Positions 37,781 through 40,144 of a stretch of DNA of 40,144 bases are shown here, piece after piece. The stretch covers positions 1-40,144 of the forward strand of contig CAYNQI010000009.1 of NCBI GenBank assembly GCA_964399335.1. The letters are read 5' to 3'. A model generated the notes under the pieces. The model was not told the origin of the DNA. It was given only the letters and a program-made list of their open reading frames with translations, and searched no databases. Position numbers and translations under genes: made by a program. Position 1 is the first letter of the stretch. Every line of letters starts with the position of its first letter. The stretch comes from an uncultured Thermoplasmata archaeon. GTDB taxonomy: Archaea; Thermoplasmatota; Thermoplasmata; Halarchaeoplasmatales; Halarchaeoplasmataceae.

Positions 37781-39955
37781 TTATTTTGATCCTTGATCAG
37801 TCCCTTTATATTTCGTTATAATTACAAATGAAACTATCCAAAGTCCAAGAAGAGAAATGCTAGCGATAGCTGTCATAGGTCTTTCATTAAAAACGTTCCG
37901 TGCTGCAGTTACTTCATACCTCTCAGATGATTCACTTTCTCCCATTGCATTCACTGCAGTTATATTATAAACATAACTACCGTGAGTTTCTAATCCCCTG
38001 TCAATATAATTAGTTGAATCGACACTATCTATCAATTCACCATCCCTATAAATATTATAGTACAAGATAGGTGATCCATTATCTATCGGTGGAGACCAAG
38101 ACAACTCAATAGTTCCATAATCTGGCTCTACCTTGATTTCACTGACCTGTCCTGGAACGTTTGCTGGTGTTTCATCTGATGCTTTCTCCAAGGACAGTGT
38201 GTATCTTCCATAGTTTCCGTCTATGGATTTATCACCTTCTTGCGGTGCATAAACACCGATATAGTATGTCCCTTCAGAAAGTACGATTTCATCGTCGGTT
38301 AAACCATCATCAGGTATATCTGGAGGATATCCTTTATAAGTTATAGATAGAGCTGGAAATTCACTATCACTTACATACAAGCTTGGATTAGTTCCTCCTG
38401 ACGATTCGAGGGATATACGTGAAGTTTCGTCTATTTCCAAGGTATATAAATCACCACCACCACGTCCAATATATTTCTCTACCGTGCCATATCTCATATT
38501 TGGAATCGATTCTTTATAGTGACTGGTTACATCAACTATGTCCTGAGCTTCAGGTTCTTTTTCAAACCCCGTTCCGAGAATAAAATAATGTTCTATTTCA
38601 TAGTCATAATAGGGATTATCTCTGAAATAAAGCTCAGCAATAGTTCCGTAAACACTACGTGAACTGTAGCTCTCTCCGATAAAACTCCAATATGTTTTTT
38701 CTGCTACGTACCATTCTGCGTTCCATTCATCGGCATCTACTACATACCAATCTCCATTATCATTTCCCCATGATTTATCATACATGGAATCTTCAAACCA
38801 TACCTCTACGGCAAAATGTCCCATCATCTCTGAATCTTCTATGTGCTCCCTCCTAGGGTGAAGAGATACAGTCCGGCTTGGTATGCCTACAGATCTTAGC
38901 AAAGCGGTCAAGGCTATAGAGGTCTCATCACACCAAGCATTTATCAATTTAGTTCTATCATGTTCTTCTGGATTCTGTATACTATCTAGAGTCTGATCAT
39001 TACTTGCTAGTATTGCAGCATCCTCTAAATCCAAACCGGTGTATTCTAGTTCTTCACCATGATAATTCATAGCTCCTTCACCGAATAAAATATCTGAAGC
39101 ATATCTTTCCTGAGGTTGATATTCGGTTAATGGTGTTGGAACTGCTTCAGCTCTCTGAGCTACTATTCTCGCCAACTTAACAGCTGCTTGTTGAGGATCG
39201 TTTGTTCCGCTTATTGCTTCTAAACTGAACTCATACATGGACGGCATTCCTTGATTCCCTTTCTCATAAAGGTCCAACCTAGCTTCCTGAAGAAGTCCAT
39301 CCGTGGAAAATATATACGTTTGTTCTTCCCTAACACTATCCTCATCATATACATAGGCTCTTCTTTCATCATCAGATATAGATAGTTCCCAAGGATCATG
39401 TATGACAAACATCTCCATTGAGGTATATCCTCCATCCCAATCACCTTCGATTGTATACCTACCGATTGTTCCATCAGACGGTATCTCTATGGTGATAACA
39501 TCATCGTAGGATACATACTCCTCAAGGGAAATCATCTCTTCATTTGAAGGAGTGATATCTAACTCGGTTCCATTCGGGGCGGATATTTTCAATGAAGTCC
39601 CCAACCTAGAAACCACTGACTCGCGAGCTATCGTTATTGTTTCATTTGAATCTTTTAATTCATACTCCTCCCATCCCTCATAGTTTCTTGTGTGATACGA
39701 ATCGTCATATGGGATATAAAGACCAAGATCGTTTTCATCTTCAAAATCGTTGATCGAATCTATCAATTTATCAGTGAGTTCATCAAAATCTCTTTCGATA
39801 AGGTCCGATCCCTCGTGATAGTTATCAGATGAAGATATGTATGAGGCTGATAAGGATGTAAATGCGATATTAAAATTGATTAAGACTAGCATGAAGATAA
39901 TTAACGTAATGAAAATTGCTCCCGATATCTTAAAAGGTCTACTAGTAAATGACAT
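37781..39955 (-). CDS. Membrane-anchored surface protein with transglutaminase-like core, PPC-like and fibronectin type III domains
   Basis: N-terminal signal/TM; triad WCDE..ALLRSVGIPSR / GHFAVEVW / WYVVD; FN3 (LSWSPP...YNIYRDG...Y.ITAVN..GES); C-terminal TM with a basic tail. Confidence 0.8.
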   Translation of the reverse strand: MSFTSRPFKISGAIFITLIIFMLVLINFNIAFTSLSASYISSSDNYHEGSDLIERDFDELTDKLIDSINDFEDENDLGLYIPYDDSYHTRNYEGWEEYELKDSNETITIARESVVSRLGTSLKISAPNGTELDITPSNEEMISLEEYVSYDDVITIEIPSDGTIGRYTIEGDWDGGYTSMEMFVIHDPWELSISDDERRAYVYDEDSVREEQTYIFSTDGLLQEARLDLYEKGNQGMPSMYEFSLEAISGTNDPQQAAVKLARIVAQRAEAVPTPLTEYQPQERYASDILFGEGAMNYHGEELEYTGLDLEDAAILASNDQTLDSIQNPEEHDRTKLINAWCDETSIALTALLRSVGIPSRTVSLHPRREHIEDSEMMGHFAVEVWFEDSMYDKSWGNDNGDWYVVDADEWNAEWYVAEKTYWSFIGESYSSRSVYGTIAELYFRDNPYYDYEIEHYFILGTGFEKEPEAQDIVDVTSHYKESIPNMRYGTVEKYIGRGGGDLYTLEIDETSRISLESSGGTNPSLYVSDSEFPALSITYKGYPPDIPDDGLTDDEIVLSEGTYYIGVYAPQEGDKSIDGNYGRYTLSLEKASDETPANVPGQVSEIKVEPDYGTIELSWSPPIDNGSPILYYNIYRDGELIDSVDSTNYIDRGLETHGSYVYNITAVNAMGESESSERYEVTAARNVFNERPMTAIASISLLGLWIVSFVIITKYKGTDQGSK

Positions 39956-40144
39956 CTATTACGATTATGCCTGAAACTACATTATAAAGTTTTGGCCCTC
40001 CTTGGTATTATTTTCATTCTCTGGAAAAAAGTGTATACGTTACCCGATTACATCGAACCATGGGTTTGTATTATAATTAAGAAAAATTTCCCTAATCTAT
40101 AAATAGATATAAAAAACCTTTAATCAACAGACCTAAACATGAAA

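Noticed and set aside
30638-40144. tRNA-integrated genomic island or provirus
   Set aside because: No integrase and no duplicated tRNA 3' end are visible in the window, and the accessory block lies on the 5' side of the tRNA. Only the AT shift is suggestive.

Overview
An archaeal chromosome segment, most likely from Thermoplasmatota (inference). The clues are an unsplit rpoB with a Zn-ribbon insert, N-terminally extended RpoA2 and Spt5, and acidic proteins suggesting a halophile. Contents in order: a Cys-type thi4 with an adjacent HTH regulator; a complete carboxylating pentose-bisphosphate operon (R15P isomerase, form III-type RuBisCO, AMP phosphorylase) preceded by a HAD phosphatase; arcS; ftsZ-secE-spt5-rpl11; RPA, a Zn-ribbon protein and GINS; NADP-GDH divergent from a three-gene Bfu/HydABC-like NADPH transhydrogenase; RaSEA; the rpoH-B-A1-A2-rpl30e-nusA operon; tRNA-Lys(UUU); and an AT-richer accessory block. 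The three most notable observations are not visible in the ORF track. (1) The tRNA-Lys gene carries two non-canonical BHB introns (20/21 and 59/60) and no canonical one. (2) RaSEA has an in-frame TAG inside its conserved C-terminal motif, and the frame continues for 29 more codons, consistent with amber/pyrrolysine readthrough or a nonsense lesion. (3) A five-gene cluster (CrtC/tocopherol-cyclase-like protein, SAM methyltransferase, B12 radical SAM, UbiA prenyltransferase and a catalytically degenerate UbiA paralog) looks like an undescribed isoprenoid lipid/quinone tailoring pathway. All family calls come from motif recognition by eye; no searches were run.
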